In this document: piece after piece, positions 1 to 15,109 of the stretch
Layout: every line of letters begins with the position of its first letter
Position numbering within the stretch: position 1 is the stretch's first letter
Source: the human T2T-CHM13v2.0 reference genome, Homo sapiens
DNA: 64,000 nucleotides
NCBI RefSeq assembly: GCF_009914755.1
Contig: NC_060932.1
Direction: 5' to 3' (one strand)
Notes under the pieces: model-generated
Databases searched by the model: none
Told to the model about the DNA's origin: nothing
The model's input: the letters and a program-made list of their open reading frames with translations, nothing else
Made by a program: the position numbers and the translations under genes

Positions 1-844
1 CTTTTTTTAAACAACCAGTCAATTTATTTCAGGACGAGAATTTACCATATAATACTCTTTTTACATAAATTCCGCCCCCTCCTTTTTTTTTCCATTTTTT
101 TTCTTTTGAAGATGATAACCATTCTTTTCCAAAGAAAACTTCTTTTATGTCTGTGGACTAGACTGTCTAAGGCCACAAGAATAGAAGTTAGTAGAATACA
201 TGTTATACTGTTAACTTTTAGGAAACTTTACTTTTGTTGAAAACCTTGTAAGTTTGGGATTTTAATTATTCTTTGCTATTAATAAGACCTGTTTTGTCCA
301 AATTAACTTAGAATTGGTATAGATGGCCTTTTTTTTTAACACAATAGCCCCATACTTTAAGATTTTTGAGTTAGTAAGCTACTTTTTTGCTTTTTTGATT
401 TAGGATAGTTCTGAACTGAACTAGTGAGGTGTGCTGACAATGAGATTTCCTCTAAAAGTTATTTTTTTACCTTTTTTCTGTTAGCAAAGCAGTTGCCGCT
501 ACGGACTGAATGCATTTGGGCCATCCACGGGTTACTGGTTTACGGATTTTTGATAGGAAGGCCTCAGTGCTTTTGGGATACATCCTTGTTTACACTGACA
601 ACAAAGTGGTATTGGAGTGTTATAGGGTTATGGAGAATACTTTCAATTATCAATTATAGGTTTTAAATTTACCTTGGCTTTTAAAGGAATAGGGTACACT
701 TTTTTTTTTTCTTAACTACTTGTGTATATCTCTCTTTGACTTTGTCTCTCTCTCTTTGACTTTCCTTTTTCCTCTGTCTCTTCCTCTCTTTCCCTGCCAC
801 TCTCTTTCTCCTCTCTGCCTCGCTCTCTCTCTTCTTGATTATGC

Positions 845-1139
845 TGCAGTTCTCTCAACCACTGTGGAGAGATCTAAAACCAGCTGTAACAAGCTTCTAT
901 GTACGGGAACTGGTCTGGGTGCCCTGACTTTACAGGTTACCTTGTGCCATACCTTTGAAACAAGGGACCTGTCCAGGCTTCCTTCTGATGGCCAACCTAC
1001 TTCTAATGCTGGCCAGTCTATTTTACATAAAGTTCTAAGTTTTCCTGGTGTCATAGTACTCCATAGTCTCCTTTAAATCTTTTTTTGAAATTTTTCAACA
1101 TAGCTCCTAGTAGGGTGGGTTTTCTTGTTCCTGACCCAT
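845..1139 (-). pseudogene. gag: Frameshifted gag N-terminus (matrix) of HERV-E type
   Basis: ATG GGT CAG at 1139; ...MLKNFKKRFKGDYGV / MTPGKLRTLCKIDWPALEVGWPSEGSLDRSLVSKVWHKVT (ORF 839-1054) is a gammaretroviral MA motif; frameshifts and truncation. Confidence 0.85.
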
Positions 1140-1783
1140 GCTTCTTTGAGACAAAACACCACACTCACACCGCACGCACACCACAAAACAAAGAACAGGT
1201 AAAAAGGGCACACACACACTTTTGCAGTTTACACCAAACCAAAATCAAAACCAAAATCAGAGTATCCAGAAATCCAAGCCAGGTCAAAACAGAAACCAAA
1301 GTATCAAGCAATCCAAGTGAAGTCAAAACAAAAACGAAGTGCTGGTAAAGGCACACCGTGGGTGATCAGGCCACACTTCCACTCAAGTGGAGTGGACAAG
1401 TTCCCAAGACCGGTCCTGTCAAGCAATTCAAACCAAGTTAAAACCAAAACCAAAACCAAAGTGCCGATAAAGGCATGCCATGGGTGATCAGGCCACACTT
1501 CCACTCAAATGGAATAGGCAAGTTCCAAAGACTAGTCTACCAAGTTTCAGATGTCTGGACTCCAAGTACCATTTCCTTCCCAGTGTTCAGCCACCACGTT
1601 GATCCTCCATGGGGGCCTGCCACACACTGCTCTGGTGAGGCATCCCACTGTGTCAAATGCCTACCCAGGAGTGCTCTCAGGATCCGTGTCACTCGGGCTG
1701 GTCGGAGTCCCTTGCAGGGATGTTCCATAAGGCAGGCTTAAGCTGCCTAAGGAGCTGCCTCAACTATCCACCAATCACCTCAC

Positions 1784-1801
1784 TTCCCAGTCAGGGAACC
1801 A
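1784..1801 (-). promoter_or_regulatory. Primer binding site complementary to tRNA-Glu
   Basis: Minus strand TGGTTCCCTGACTGGGAA, 17/18 match to the tRNA-Glu PBS TGGTTCCCTGACCGGGAA, 5 nt from the LTR end. Confidence 0.9.
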
Positions 1802-1806
1802 AGAAA

Positions 1807-2305
1807 TGTAGCAGGATGAGCCACAGACAAAACTCCTCAGACACCGAGTTAACGAAGGAAGAGGTTTATTCGGCTGGGAGCATCGTCAAGACTCCTGTCT
1901 CAAGAGCCAAGCTCCCCAAGTGAGCAATTCCTGCCCCTTTTAAGGGTTCAAAACTCTAAGGGGGTCCGCGTGAGAGGATCATGACCAATTGAGAAAGCAG
2001 GGGGTATGTGACTGGGGGCTGCATGCGCCAGTAATCAGAAAGAAACAGAACAGGACAGGGATTTTCACAGTGCTTTTCCACACAATGTCTAGAATCTATA
2101 GATAACATATCCGGTTAGGTCAGGGGTTGATCTTTAACTACCAGGCTTAGGTCAGGCAGGTCCAGGCCTGGTTTTGGGTATGGTTCCTTGGTTTTGGGTC
2201 TAGTTCCTAGCCACCGGGCTACCTGCCTTTAGTTTCGCTTCTCTTTCCTTTTCTGAGTATAAAACAATATAAAACAATATGAGAGGGTCTGTCTCTCTTC
2301 TCTCA
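1807..2305 (-). mobile_element. 5' LTR, LTR2 family (LTR2B/LTR2C-like)
   Basis: TG...CA termini, ~499 bp, AATAAA on minus strand (tttatt ~1865), followed by Glu PBS; resembles LTR2-family consensus. Confidence 0.85.
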
Positions 2306-2309
2306 TATT

Positions 2310-3200
2310 TAAGTCAGATGATAGTTTTAATTTTTTATTTTCCAAGACCATGTAAAACCTCACGAATTCCAGATATTCTGTTTTACACAGAACTTCTCCT
2401 ATTGATGGACACTGTTTCTTTCTAGTTACATTTCCTTATAAGATTTATATCATTTATTTTCACTTAAATATTTAATACATCTGGAAGTATTTCTTTTCAC
2501 TTAAGTATTTAATACATCTGGAATTAATTTTTCTATGTAGAGTAAGATAGGGGTTCAATTTTATTATCTTACCAATGGGCAGAGTGCTGTACCAGCACCA
2601 CTTATTAAAAAATACCAAATGTTATGTTTTCTCTTCTTGCATACTGTTGAATTTTCACAATTAAATTAGACTTGGTTGTTAGATTTGCCTAGGAGGGAAC
2701 TTTCTGGCCCTCTGTTCTATTCCACTGTGCTATTTTCCATGCGGCCTTTATAGTGTTGTAATATTTGGTAAAATCAAAATATCTTAAAATCAAAATTCCT
2801 TAGTCTTCTTTTTTTTCTGCTTTCTTATTCTTTAAATATGTGTCCTTCCTTATGAATTTTAAGATAATTTTCTCCAACTCCATTAAGAAGAGTTTTTCCA
2901 TTAGAAAGCTAATTGTAATTTAAATTCACAGATAAGTTTTTGGAGAACTGACATTTAAGTTACCTCAGCTTTCCCAACTCTAGAGCATGCTGCGTGTTTC
3001 TGTGGGCTCAGCTCTTTCCTGTTCCTCCTAAGTTAGCAGGCACAGTGGCTTTCTTGTCAAATTTGTCTCCATTTGTAGAGATTTCTTTTCATTTTTGGAA
3101 TAAAACATTTCATCTTACATGTTTGTTTCCAAATCTTAATCATTATTGAAGTGAAAACTACTGGTTTTATGTAAGTATTAAATATCTATTTGTTTTACTA
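2310..3200 (-). mobile_element. Old L1 (L1M-type) fragment
   Basis: T-rich antisense ORF2-like tracts, e.g. ccagcaccacttattaaaaa and tttggagaactgacatt. Confidence 0.55.
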
Positions 3201-3496
3201 AATTTTATTTATTATTTTATTTTTATTTTTTTAAACACAGCCTCCCCCTGTCACCCAGACTGGAGTGCAGAGGTGCGATCTCAGCCCAGGGCACCCTCTG
3301 TCTACCACACCCTGGGTTCAAGCAATTCTCTTGCCTCAGCCTTGGGAGTAGCTGGGATTACAAGCACACACAACCACACCTGGCTAATTTTTGTATTTTC
3401 AGTAGAGACAGATTTGCCTATGTTGGTTGGCCAGGCTGGTCTCGAGCTCCTGACCTAAGTAATCTGCCCACCTGGGCCTCCTAAAGTGCTGGGATT

Positions 3497-5520
<2,024 letters not shown>

Positions 5521-5539
5521 TTATTCAAATTGAGGTGGC

Positions 5540-5997
5540 AAAAGAACAGGCAACAGAAGCAAAAATACACAAACAGGATTGTAAAAGCTTCCACACAGCA
5601 AAGGAAATGATTAATAGACTGAAGAGACAACCCATGGATAGGGAGAAAGTGTTTGGAAACCATATATCTGATAAGGGACTAATATCCAAAATATATGAGG
5701 AACTCAAACTCAATAGCAAGAAAACAAATAACTCAATCAAAAAATGGGCAAAGGACCCAAATAGATACTTCTCAAAAGAAGACATGTAATGGACCAACAG
5801 ATATATGAAAAAATGTTTATCCCTAACTACAGGAAAATGCAACTCAAAACTATATATGTTAGAATGAATCATTGTTATCCAAAAGACAAAACATAACAAG
5901 TATTGGCAAGGGTGTGGAGAAAAGGGAATCCTTGTGCATTGTTGGTGGGAATGTAAATTGATGCAGCCATCAGGAAAAACAGTATGGAGGTTCCTCA

Positions 5998-6050
<53 letters not shown>

Positions 6051-6740
6051 TTACCATATAATCCAACAATACCACTCCTGGGTATACATTCAAAGGAATT
6101 GAAATCAGTATGTCAAAGACGTGTTTGCACTCCAACATACTGCAGCATTATTCGCAATAGCCAAGATACAGAAGCAACCTAGCTGTCCATTTTTAGATGA
6201 ATGGATAATGAAAATATATATGTACACAATGGAATACTATTTGTACTATTCAGCCTTTAAAAGGAAGGAAATTCTGTCATTTGTAACATTGATGAACTCA
6301 GAGAACATTATGTTAAGTGAAATAAGCCAAGCATGGAAAGACAAATACTGCATAATCTCACGTATATGTGGAATCTAAGAAAGTTGAACTCATAGAAGTA
6401 GAGAGGAGAATGGTGGTTTTCAGAGGCTGGGGAAGAGGAATGGATGGGAAAAGGGGAGATGTGGGTCAAAGGGTACAAAGTTTCAGTTAGGAGGAATAAG
6501 CCTTAGTGATCTATTGCACAGAACGATGACTATAACAAATAATGATGTATTAGATACTTCAAAATTGCTAAGAGAGTAGATTTTAAATGTTCTCACCACA
6601 AAAAATGAAAAGTATGAGAGGCAATTTATGTTAATTAGCATTATTTAATCATTCCACATTGTAAACATATAGCAAAATATCACATTGTACCCCACAAATA
6701 TGTACAATTTTTGCTTGTCAATTTAAAATAAAATTTTATT
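5540..6740 (+). mobile_element. L1 3' end (ORF2 C-terminus plus 3' UTR), L1MA-like
   Basis: ORF 5535-5789 ([36 protein letters not shown]) and 6121-6378 match L1 ORF2 C-terminus; L1MA-type 3' UTR ending in aataaa; expanded A/(AT)n tract 5998-6048. Confidence 0.9.
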
Positions 6741-6749
6741 AAACTTTTT

Positions 6750-9060
6750 AAAAATTGAGATAAAATTTACATACAGTAAATGCCAAGATGGTAAGTGTTC
6801 AGTTCAATATGTTTTAACAATTATAGACACCCATATAACCCTACCCGAAATAAGCATAGAGCATTTAGGCCCCACAAGTGTTCTCCATGTCATTTCTAGC
6901 CAATCCCTCATTCCACCTCACCAAGTGCAAATGATGCACGATTTTTTTTTTATTTTTATTTTTTTGCTCCTTAGCTAGTCTGGGTTCTTGTCTCACAACC
7001 AGAAAGAATTAGGCATGTAGACGCATTGAAGGGTGAGGAGGGCTGGAATGTATTCAGCGAAAAGAAAGATCTCAGCAAAGAAAGGGGGTCCTGTAAGCAG
7101 GTTTCCACCTCCCAGATTTAATACCAGAGCCATTGCACATGAGTTGAAGAGGCCAGGCTCCTCCCCTGCATAAGGCATGAATTCCTGGTGGTTCCACACC
7201 ATTCCTCCAGTGCATGTGGGTCTCCAGTCTGCTGTGGGCATGCCCAGGAAAGCTCCCTGTGCAGCTTCCCTTATCTGCACAAAACATCTGGTGTAAATAT
7301 TTGTGGGGAAGGTTGAAGTTTCTCCGGGGGCTCTTCCCTATCTGCCTAGGCCTTTATCTGCCTCCTGCATCTATCACAACCACTGCTCTGATTTTTGCCA
7401 CTGTAGATTAATGTTGCCTGTTCTATGAAGTTGTATAAATAGGTTCACATAGAGCACACTTTTTTCTGGCTCCTTTTGCTCAATATCATGTTTTTGAGAT
7501 TTGTCTGTGTCAAGACTTCTCAGCCTTTATTGATGAGTATTGCTCCATTGTATGAATAGACCTCAATTTGTTTATCCATTATCCTATTGATAGCTATTTC
7601 GGTTGTTTCCAGTTTGGGGCTATAGTGAATAAGGCTGCTATAAAAATTTTTCAAACAAGTCTTTTTGTACACATCAATGTGTATTACTCTTGAGTAAATA
7701 CTTATGTTAGTGGAATTTCTGGATCGTGGTTTAGATTATGTTTAATTTGATAAGAAAATGTCAAAACAATTCCCTAAAGTGTTTGGACCTTTTTACAATG
7801 TCCAAGAATACCCACAATTGAGAGTACCCACAATTAGTACTGTCAATCTTTTTGATTTTAGCTATTCTAGCTGATGTGGAATTTTATCTCATTATTGTAC
7901 TGATTTACAATTTCTTGAAGATTGTGTTGAGCATGTTCCTATGTATTTATTGGACATTCATTTTTTTGTAAAGTGTGTGTTCATATCTTTTGAATATCAA
8001 TTAACTACATGTTGTAGATCTAATCTACAACTTTCTATTCTCCACCCCTGACCTATGTGTCTCTCCCTACACAAATATCTCACACTCTTGACTACTGTAG
8101 CTTCAAAGTAAATCTTGAAATCATGCAGTAGGAGTCCTCCAACTTTGTTCTTTTTTAGAATTATTTTGGCTGTTCAAGATCCTTTGCATTTCCATAAAAC
8201 ACTTCAGCATGAGCTTACCAATTTCTTCATAAATGTCTGCTATGATTTTATAGAGACTGAGTTGAATCTATAAATCAATTTAGGAAGCAGGGATATACTA
8301 ATAATACAGAAACTTTCAATCATAAATATGGTAGTATATCTCTATTTGTTTAAATTTTTAATATATCTCAGCAATGTTTTCCAATTTCAAAAATAGAGAT
8401 CTCACATTTTATTTATATTTATTCCTAAATATTCCTAATTTGTTTGTAAGGTGTTGGGTTTTTTCAAATATTTTTTGGACATCTATTGAAATTATCATAT
8501 GGAAAGTACGTGGTGAATTACATTGATTGATTGTCATACATTAAATCAATCTTACATTCCTGTGATAAATCCGTCTTGTCAGGATATATCACCCTTTTTA
8601 TCTCTTGCTGTATTTGATTTGCTAATATCATATGGATAATGCTAATTTTTATTTGCTAATATAGGGACATTGTTATGTAATTTTCATTTCTTATACCTTT
8701 GTCAATTTGGGGCATTAAGGGTATACTAGCCTCATAAAATACATTTTGAAGGTTTCATTTCTCCTTCATTTTCTGAAAGATTGTGTGTAATATTAGTATT
8801 ATTTGTTCCTTCACAGAATACAGCCTGAAGCCATCTGAGCCCCAAATTTTCTTTGTGGATAGAGTTCTCATTACAAATACAATTTCTCTCATAAATTCGG
8901 GCTTTTTAAATTTTCTGTTACTTCATAGTCAGTTTTGCTAATCTGCGTTTTTTAAGGAGTTTATCCACTTTAGTCAATAAAGTAACTGGCATAAAGTTAT
9001 TAGTAAAGTTTAATTGTATCTTCTTTTTTTACTATTGATGTTGGTAATGTGTTACCTATT
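6750..9060 (-). mobile_element. Old antisense L1 (L1MB/L1M-type) interrupted by an LTR
   Basis: Typical antisense L1 motifs (ggttgtttccagtttggggctat, tcctccaactttgttctttt, gaagccatctgagccc). Confidence 0.8.
6932..7376 (-). mobile_element. Solo LTR, MER61-like (ERV1)
   Basis: TG...CA ends, near 4-bp TSD caaa/caac, minus-strand start TGATAGATGCAGGAGGCAGATAA; related to the LTR at 36663-37078. Confidence 0.75.
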
Positions 9061-10365
9061 TTCTTGTCAGTTGCCTGACATTCCCCTGGGCAGCACTGAG
9101 GAAGTCTTGACACTTCAAATGAAATACCATATGGCTTTGCCACCATAGGAAGTCATGAAGTCACCAGAAATACTCACAGCTCCCTGGCCAGGGGAGAATG
9201 ACTGTCCATAACTATTTCTATAGCAGGAGACAGCACCATGCAGCCAACTGTCTTACCAGGTCTCTGATATCCTGCATGCTGGCAGCACAACTGAGCAAAT
9301 ATTTGAGTGATATGAATAAGTTACACTTGAATGGGAAGGCTGTCAGAACTTGGTGAAGCAGAGAGCTTGAGAAAGTGGCAGTCTTCCCTTATCAGGAAAA
9401 ACAAAAACAAACAAAAACAAAAAAAAACACTCTCATGTTTTACGAGGAGAGATTGCCTGCAACCAAAGGCTACCAGGCTGGGGGTTCAAAACCAAGAGAA
9501 TGAGTTAACAGAAATCCAAACTTGGATAGGGTTGGATGGCCAATCCCTCACACCTGCTCCCTTCCGTGCTCTAAGGAGTGTGGACTAGACACAGAAGCCA
9601 AATAGGAAATAATAGTAATGGCGGGAGAACTACTAAATTACAGAGTTTCCCAATAAAGCTTGTTTGAAAGATAGAACACAGGCCTGAAGCTAAAACAGGG
9701 CTTCCAATCTCTTCCTCTTTGAATTCCAAGCCTACTCCTGGGGCTCTGAACCAGAGGTGCCTGGTTGCTGAAGGGCAGGGAGCTGCTGGAAAATGCAGCC
9801 CTGGGCCCTGAGGAGGCCTGAGGTAGGGCACGAGAACTCTGTGTATCACAAGGAGCCTGCTAGAAGCAGGAGTCTTGCGGCCTCCAGATGCACACACATT
9901 AAGGAGGAAGCCAGGGAAAGAGGCTGGTGCACGTTGCCTTTTTCATATACTTTGAAGGCAACAAGCGCAAAAATTGAGCTAGCCAATTAGCAGCTTCTTT
10001 GCAATGAAAGCAGTCGGATCATCTATGCCTGAGGGTAAGGTCATTAGGGCGCAAAACTAAAAATGTTTACTCTAAAACTGCCCCCATCTGCACCATGATA
10101 CTCACACCCAGGAGAGGAGCAAAATTTCTACTTTCTTCAGGGAAATGTGAGGACAAGAGGAAGTTAACCCCTAAACACAAACTCTGTGCACAAAACCAGC
10201 TGTGAAGTCCAGAAGCAAAGCAGCCATCCATCCAGCAACTGTCAGTGGGCTCCTCCCTAAACCAGGAGCTAAGAGCAGAACAGTGGAGGCCCCTGCTCCA
10301 ACCCACAGCTGAGCACCTTTCATGCATCCCATGCTGAAGCAGCCCCAACCATCTCTGAGACTAAG

Positions 10366-11096
10366 TGAAACCACCTTTGCAAAATTATAACTGAAGAAAT
10401 CATGACAGTGAAAGAAATCAGACCTAACTGACTCCATCTTGCTTCTAACCTTTAAGCTGTCCTTGTTCATTCCTGGGCATAGGCTGAACTAACTTTGGGA
10501 AGGAATTCAGTTCATGGTTTGACTCTGAAACAAAATTGATAGCAGCCCTTTCCTGAAAAGACCCCCTTCTTGCCTGGGGGCCAGTCTGCCTCTGCAGGAC
10601 TAACAAATTAGCTACAAGATTAGAAATTACAGATTCAGGGTCATGCAGCATATGGCTCCAAGAGTCTGAACCGCCCCAAATTGCTCCTGGGTATAACATC
10701 ACTATTGTAAAACCTAAGATCAGCGCTTGAGATATTTTGCAGACCCTGCACTTGTTAGATCAGCTGACACCGCCCAGACCAGTAATCTGGCTCAACTAGT
10801 TCTGCCATCCCACCCAGGAATGGAAGACAGCAAGAGAAACTCACTTCGACCACCTATGATTACATACCCAAACTGACAAATCATTACTCCCCACTTTCCA
10901 AGCCCCTACCCACCAAATTATGTTGAAAAACTCTGATCCCTGAATGCTTGGGGAGACTGATTTGAGTAATAATAAAACTCCAGTCTCCCACACAGCCAGT
11001 TCTGCATGAATTACTCTTTCTCCATTGCAATTCTCCTGTCTGGATAAATTGGCTCTGTCTAGGCAGTGGGCAAGGTGAACCCAAGGGGTGGTTACA
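10366..11096 (+). mobile_element. Solo LTR8 (HUERS-P1 family)
   Basis: TGAAACCACCTTTGCAAAATTAT...GGTTACA, aataaa ~10971, TSD taag/taat; paralogous to 43802-44485. Confidence 0.9.
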
Positions 11097-11343
11097 TAAT
11101 GAAGTTCAATAATTCCCTCAGAAATGATCCGTAAAATAATAAAGGCACCAAAGACCTTTTTAGGAAGGCTTTTATTCCTTGTAACAGTAGAAAGAATCAC
11201 ACAGTCTTGCAAAATGGACAAGGGAGATTTCCTGAGAATAAAAGGGAAAGGTTAATCCCATTGACCATGGCAATTTGCTGAACGATTTGGAAACTGGGTG
11301 ATATGGTAGAAAAGAGCAGGATTGAAACAAATAATGGACTACA

Positions 11344-11545
11344 GTTGGGTTCTGATTCCACTTTAACTTGCTGTACAGCCTCATCCCTTGTTTTTCTGGA
11401 GATTCTCTTTTTCTGCTTCACTGATTTATATTTACATTAAAATCAAATGAGGCCATGTTTCTGAAATCACATTGTCCCTACATGGTCATCACAATGAGTC
11501 TGTAATGTGACTGAAAGACAGCCATGGATACAGGTAGAGGATATC
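11344..11545 (+). repeat. Inverted repeat, left arm (202 bp)
   Basis: Reverse complement matches 16486-16687 with 3 substitutions in 202 bp. Confidence 0.97.
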
Positions 11546-11820
11546 TAACTAGGATTGCTTAAATGTGAAGACTCAGAAATTTAGGAAGAGGGTAAATTAC
11601 CACAGGAGGCTGCAGATCATGCCATCTATGGAGGCACAGGCCCCAGGAACCAGAATTTGCTTCGGGAAGTAAAGCTATGGATGAACATGCCCTTGTGGAC
11701 TGGGGATCTCACCAAAAGGGAGAGGCTCTCCAGTTGCCTTTGCCATTCATGTGCAGGGCAGGGTCATATGCCCACCCACCTCCCTTCACCGCTGCCCCAG
11801 ACCAGCTGTTCTAGAGACTC

Positions 11821-12176
11821 TGACTTAGCTTAGGCTGCTGTAACAAATCCATAAGCTGGCTGGCTTACATTTATTTCCCAAGTTCTTGAAGCTAGAAATT
11901 CAAGATTGGGGTGCCAGCATGGTTGGGTTCCAGTGAGGACCTCTTCCTGGCCCACAGATGGCTGTCTTCTTGTGTCTTCACATCATGAAGAGCACAGGGA
12001 GAGGAAGCAAGCCTTCTCAGGTCTCTTCTGATAAGGGGACTCATCCCATCATGAGGGCTCCAGGTCCATTAGCCAATCACCTCCCAAAGACCCCAGCACC
12101 TAATGCTATTACATTGAGGGTTAGGATTCCAATGTATAAATTGCGGGGAGAACACAAACATTTGGTCCATAAGACA
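11821..12176 (-). mobile_element. MaLR LTR, MLT1A-like
   Basis: ggctgctgtaacaaa...cacctcccaaagacccc...acaaacatttggtccataa typical of antisense MLT1A. Confidence 0.75.
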
Positions 12177-13353
12177 GGCAGTCTAGGATGTGTAAATAAT
12201 GTGAACATTTCTTAGTGTTTACTGGGAGACTGGGTGAAGCAAAGCTCGATTTTTGAGGCTTATTATTTCTCAGTAGACCTAAACTTCAGGCTGGCCTGAG
12301 ATCTACCTCAGCAGTAGTGAATAAAAAGCAGAGGGATCCTATTAGTTTGCAGGCACAGTCTGAATCTTACTTGCGAGCTCATCAGGCATTCAATTCAGTC
12401 ACTCAATCAACAACTGCTTAATGAGTGAGGCCCAGGTGCAGCCACTGCATTGAGTACCCATAACAGATGTGGTGGCTTGCCAGGGAGGGAAGGAAAGGGG
12501 GTATCTATAACATACTGATCCCTTCTGCTAGAGAATTTGGAGATTGTGTGGTGGAAATATAACCTTATTCAGAATGGCCAAACAAGCTTGTATATATTTA
12601 CTGATTTTATTTAATACTTAACTTTGAATATCTAGAAGCTTGGGGGAATAAAGTTTAGATGTTGAAAAGGTAGGCCAGGATCAAAGTATAGATACATTCT
12701 TAGGACAGCTGGAGAAAATTCAAGAAATTCCTTTTTCCAGTTTATTCATTTGACATCATAATTTCATGTCTTTTCTATGCCTGACATCATTGCTAACCAC
12801 GGGAAATTCATGGTACATATTAACTGCATAATGCCCAGTGGAGTGTCTGGCACGCAGCAAAGAAGAGATACTGTTAGTAATTAGCAGTATTTTTGCACCT
12901 ATTGTAGGCCAAATAAGTATTTTCATTGATCAATATGTAAAACCATTCAGTTCCTAGCACCAGGAAAAGCAACTAACCTCTCTCCCAGGCAATATTCCAG
13001 GATAGGCTGCCAGTTGGACTAAGGAAGCCACTCCTGCGGAACCCTGGGAGATCTCACACTGATTTTTTTTCTTTCCACTGCTCAGCTATAAGGTCTGATC
13101 AAAATACATGATCTTCCTTGAGACCTAATTCCCTCATATTATGGGAGCTGAAAAGATTTCAGCTCTAAACAGGTATCCATAAACATTTAGGCAGGAATAC
13201 GTGAGACTCGCAAGTCCCAAATAGACTTCCTACGATTCTAAGCCTAGTGAAGTTGGTAAAACCAGTCCTGGGCAGAGGTTGGAACTTCTTGAAGGGCTGC
13301 TCCACTCTCTCCAATGCTGGGGTTATTGGTCACTCACTGGCCACCCAGCCTCC

Positions 13354-13485
13354 ATTTGCCCACCTCAGGTAATGGCAACCTTGCTTTGCTTCTGATAGGG
13401 CAAGTCACTGTCTGAATTTGCCCACCTCAGGTAATGGCACCTTGCTTTGCTTCTGATAGGGCAAGTCACTGTCTGAATTTGCCCA
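13354..13485. repeat. 62/61-bp tandem duplication with 9-bp junction homology
   Basis: Units 13354-13415 and 13416-13476 differ by a single 1-nt indel; atttgccca repeated a third time at 13477-13485. Confidence 0.95.
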
Positions 13486-14509
13486 GGACCTGAGGGTTTC
13501 CTAGGATGCAGATATTTTTGGTGCCAAAACAGGACAGTCCCAGGCAAATCAGAAGGCAGGACACTGTGATCGTGAGACACCCTATTCCCTGCCCTCATCT
13601 ATGTGAGCTGGCAGGTTTGGCTCTGCTCCCAATCCAGAAACTTCTAGGGCTTATTTCAGCTATCTTTCAGGAACTTGAAATATTTTATTGTGTTGGCTAT
13701 GCCCTGAGAAGATGGAGTGTCTAGAGCTGCTGGGGCCAACTTGCTGTGCTATCTGGGAAATTTGGAAATGGAGCCAAAAAAAAAAGAAATGGAGACAGAG
13801 AAACCAGCCACTTGTGACATCATTTGAACACCCACATCAATCCACCCTTCAAACGAGACCACCTCTTGTTTAAAGAGCTATAGTACCTTACACACATCCC
13901 CTCGTGTAAGTCGATGTGGCTAAAAGGGAATTTCTAGATTTTTCTCACTGCTACCTAGTCAGCATCTGATTAGTCCAGTATAAGGAAACTGCTAGATACA
14001 CTCCCAGCCCTCGAGGAGTTCAGGATTTATTTGGGCCACAAGACAGAAAAAAAAAAAAAATTCAAATCCTGGGATGGCATATGACAAGAGGTGCCATTAG
14101 TAAGTGCTCTTCAGTTCTGAGAAAAGCAATCTGGTCCGTGAGGATCTAGGACATTAGTGAGCTGGTCCTTAGAGGACAGGTAGGCTTCCACCAGTGAGAG
14201 GGACAGGGGGCCACCAAATGGAGGGCCTAGTGGGAGCCACTTATTACCTACAGCAGCAGGCAGTCACTATTAGTCATGTTCTCCCTGCTGGAGTGGAAGC
14301 CCCTGAAGACAGAAGATTCGTCTCTCCCCGTACCAAGCAGAGTACCTAGGACAAGACAGGTACTCAAAAAAGACAATGTGTTTGCACAGTCTTCTAAGAA
14401 CATAAAGTAGATACATAAACTAGAGCAGAGGTTTGATGTGAGATACAGTTGAATGATTATTGTTTTGAATGAAACTCTATCCACTTAACTGGTCACTACC
14501 CCAGCAGCT

Positions 14510-15104
14510 AAGAGGCCTGGACAGCAGGGGATCCACCTACATGGGTCCCTTCCAGGAGGCCTTGCCCTCAAGGTACGGGATGGGGACCTGGCTTCAAAGA
14601 CACAACTACAATATGAAAGTTTAAGTGTTTTTAGTATTTACAGACCCTCAGGGATAGAAGGCAAGCCTAGAGACCACACACACACAGGGGGTCAGGGAGC
14701 ACAGATAGGGAGAGAGAGAAGAAACCCATGGCCCAGCACCTTTCTTGGGTCCAGGGTGTTATCTAAACAGGTTTCCTGGGGAGCTTTAATTGGTAGGTTG
14801 AAAGCAAGCAGGCATTAGTTCCAGTAGGTCATGCTGGGCTGAGAGGTGGTCACTTTGAGTTCTTGTGCAGATGTCTGAAGAGCTTCTTTAAAGGAAGCAA
14901 CAGGAAACCGGGGAGCCCAGCCTGCTTAGGTGTCTCTGAGAGAGATATTTCTAAGTTTTACTTCTGGCCACCAGCAAGAGCCATTCTGATGGGGAACAGT
15001 ATTGGAAACTGAGTCAAGGGTGGACTGAGCCCTGCTTCTGGTATGAGAAAGCTAAACTTATATTTTACAATGGATATAACATAAAATTATAAATGCTCAC
15101 TTCA
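14510..15104 (-). mobile_element. ERVL-class LTR, MER54/MER73-like
   Basis: Terminal block gaaactgagtcaagggtggactgagccctgcttctggtatgagaaag...aacataaaattat shared with the LTR at 48781-50020. Confidence 0.65.
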
Positions 15105-15109
15105 GTCAC

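Larger units (their letters stand above)
1..1806 (-). mobile_element. ERV1 internal region, HERV-E/Harlequin-type (leader, gag fragment, chimeric downstream sequence); continues off the left edge
   Basis: Adjoins an LTR2-family LTR through a tRNA-Glu PBS; contains a gammaretroviral matrix fragment, leader repeats (~1260-1530) and a segment shared with the HERV9 element at 60765-60800. Confidence 0.85.

Noticed and set aside
5998-6048. Poly(A)+(AT)n as the end of a separate retroelement
   Set aside because: L1 sequence is collinear on both sides, so it is an expansion of a native A-tract
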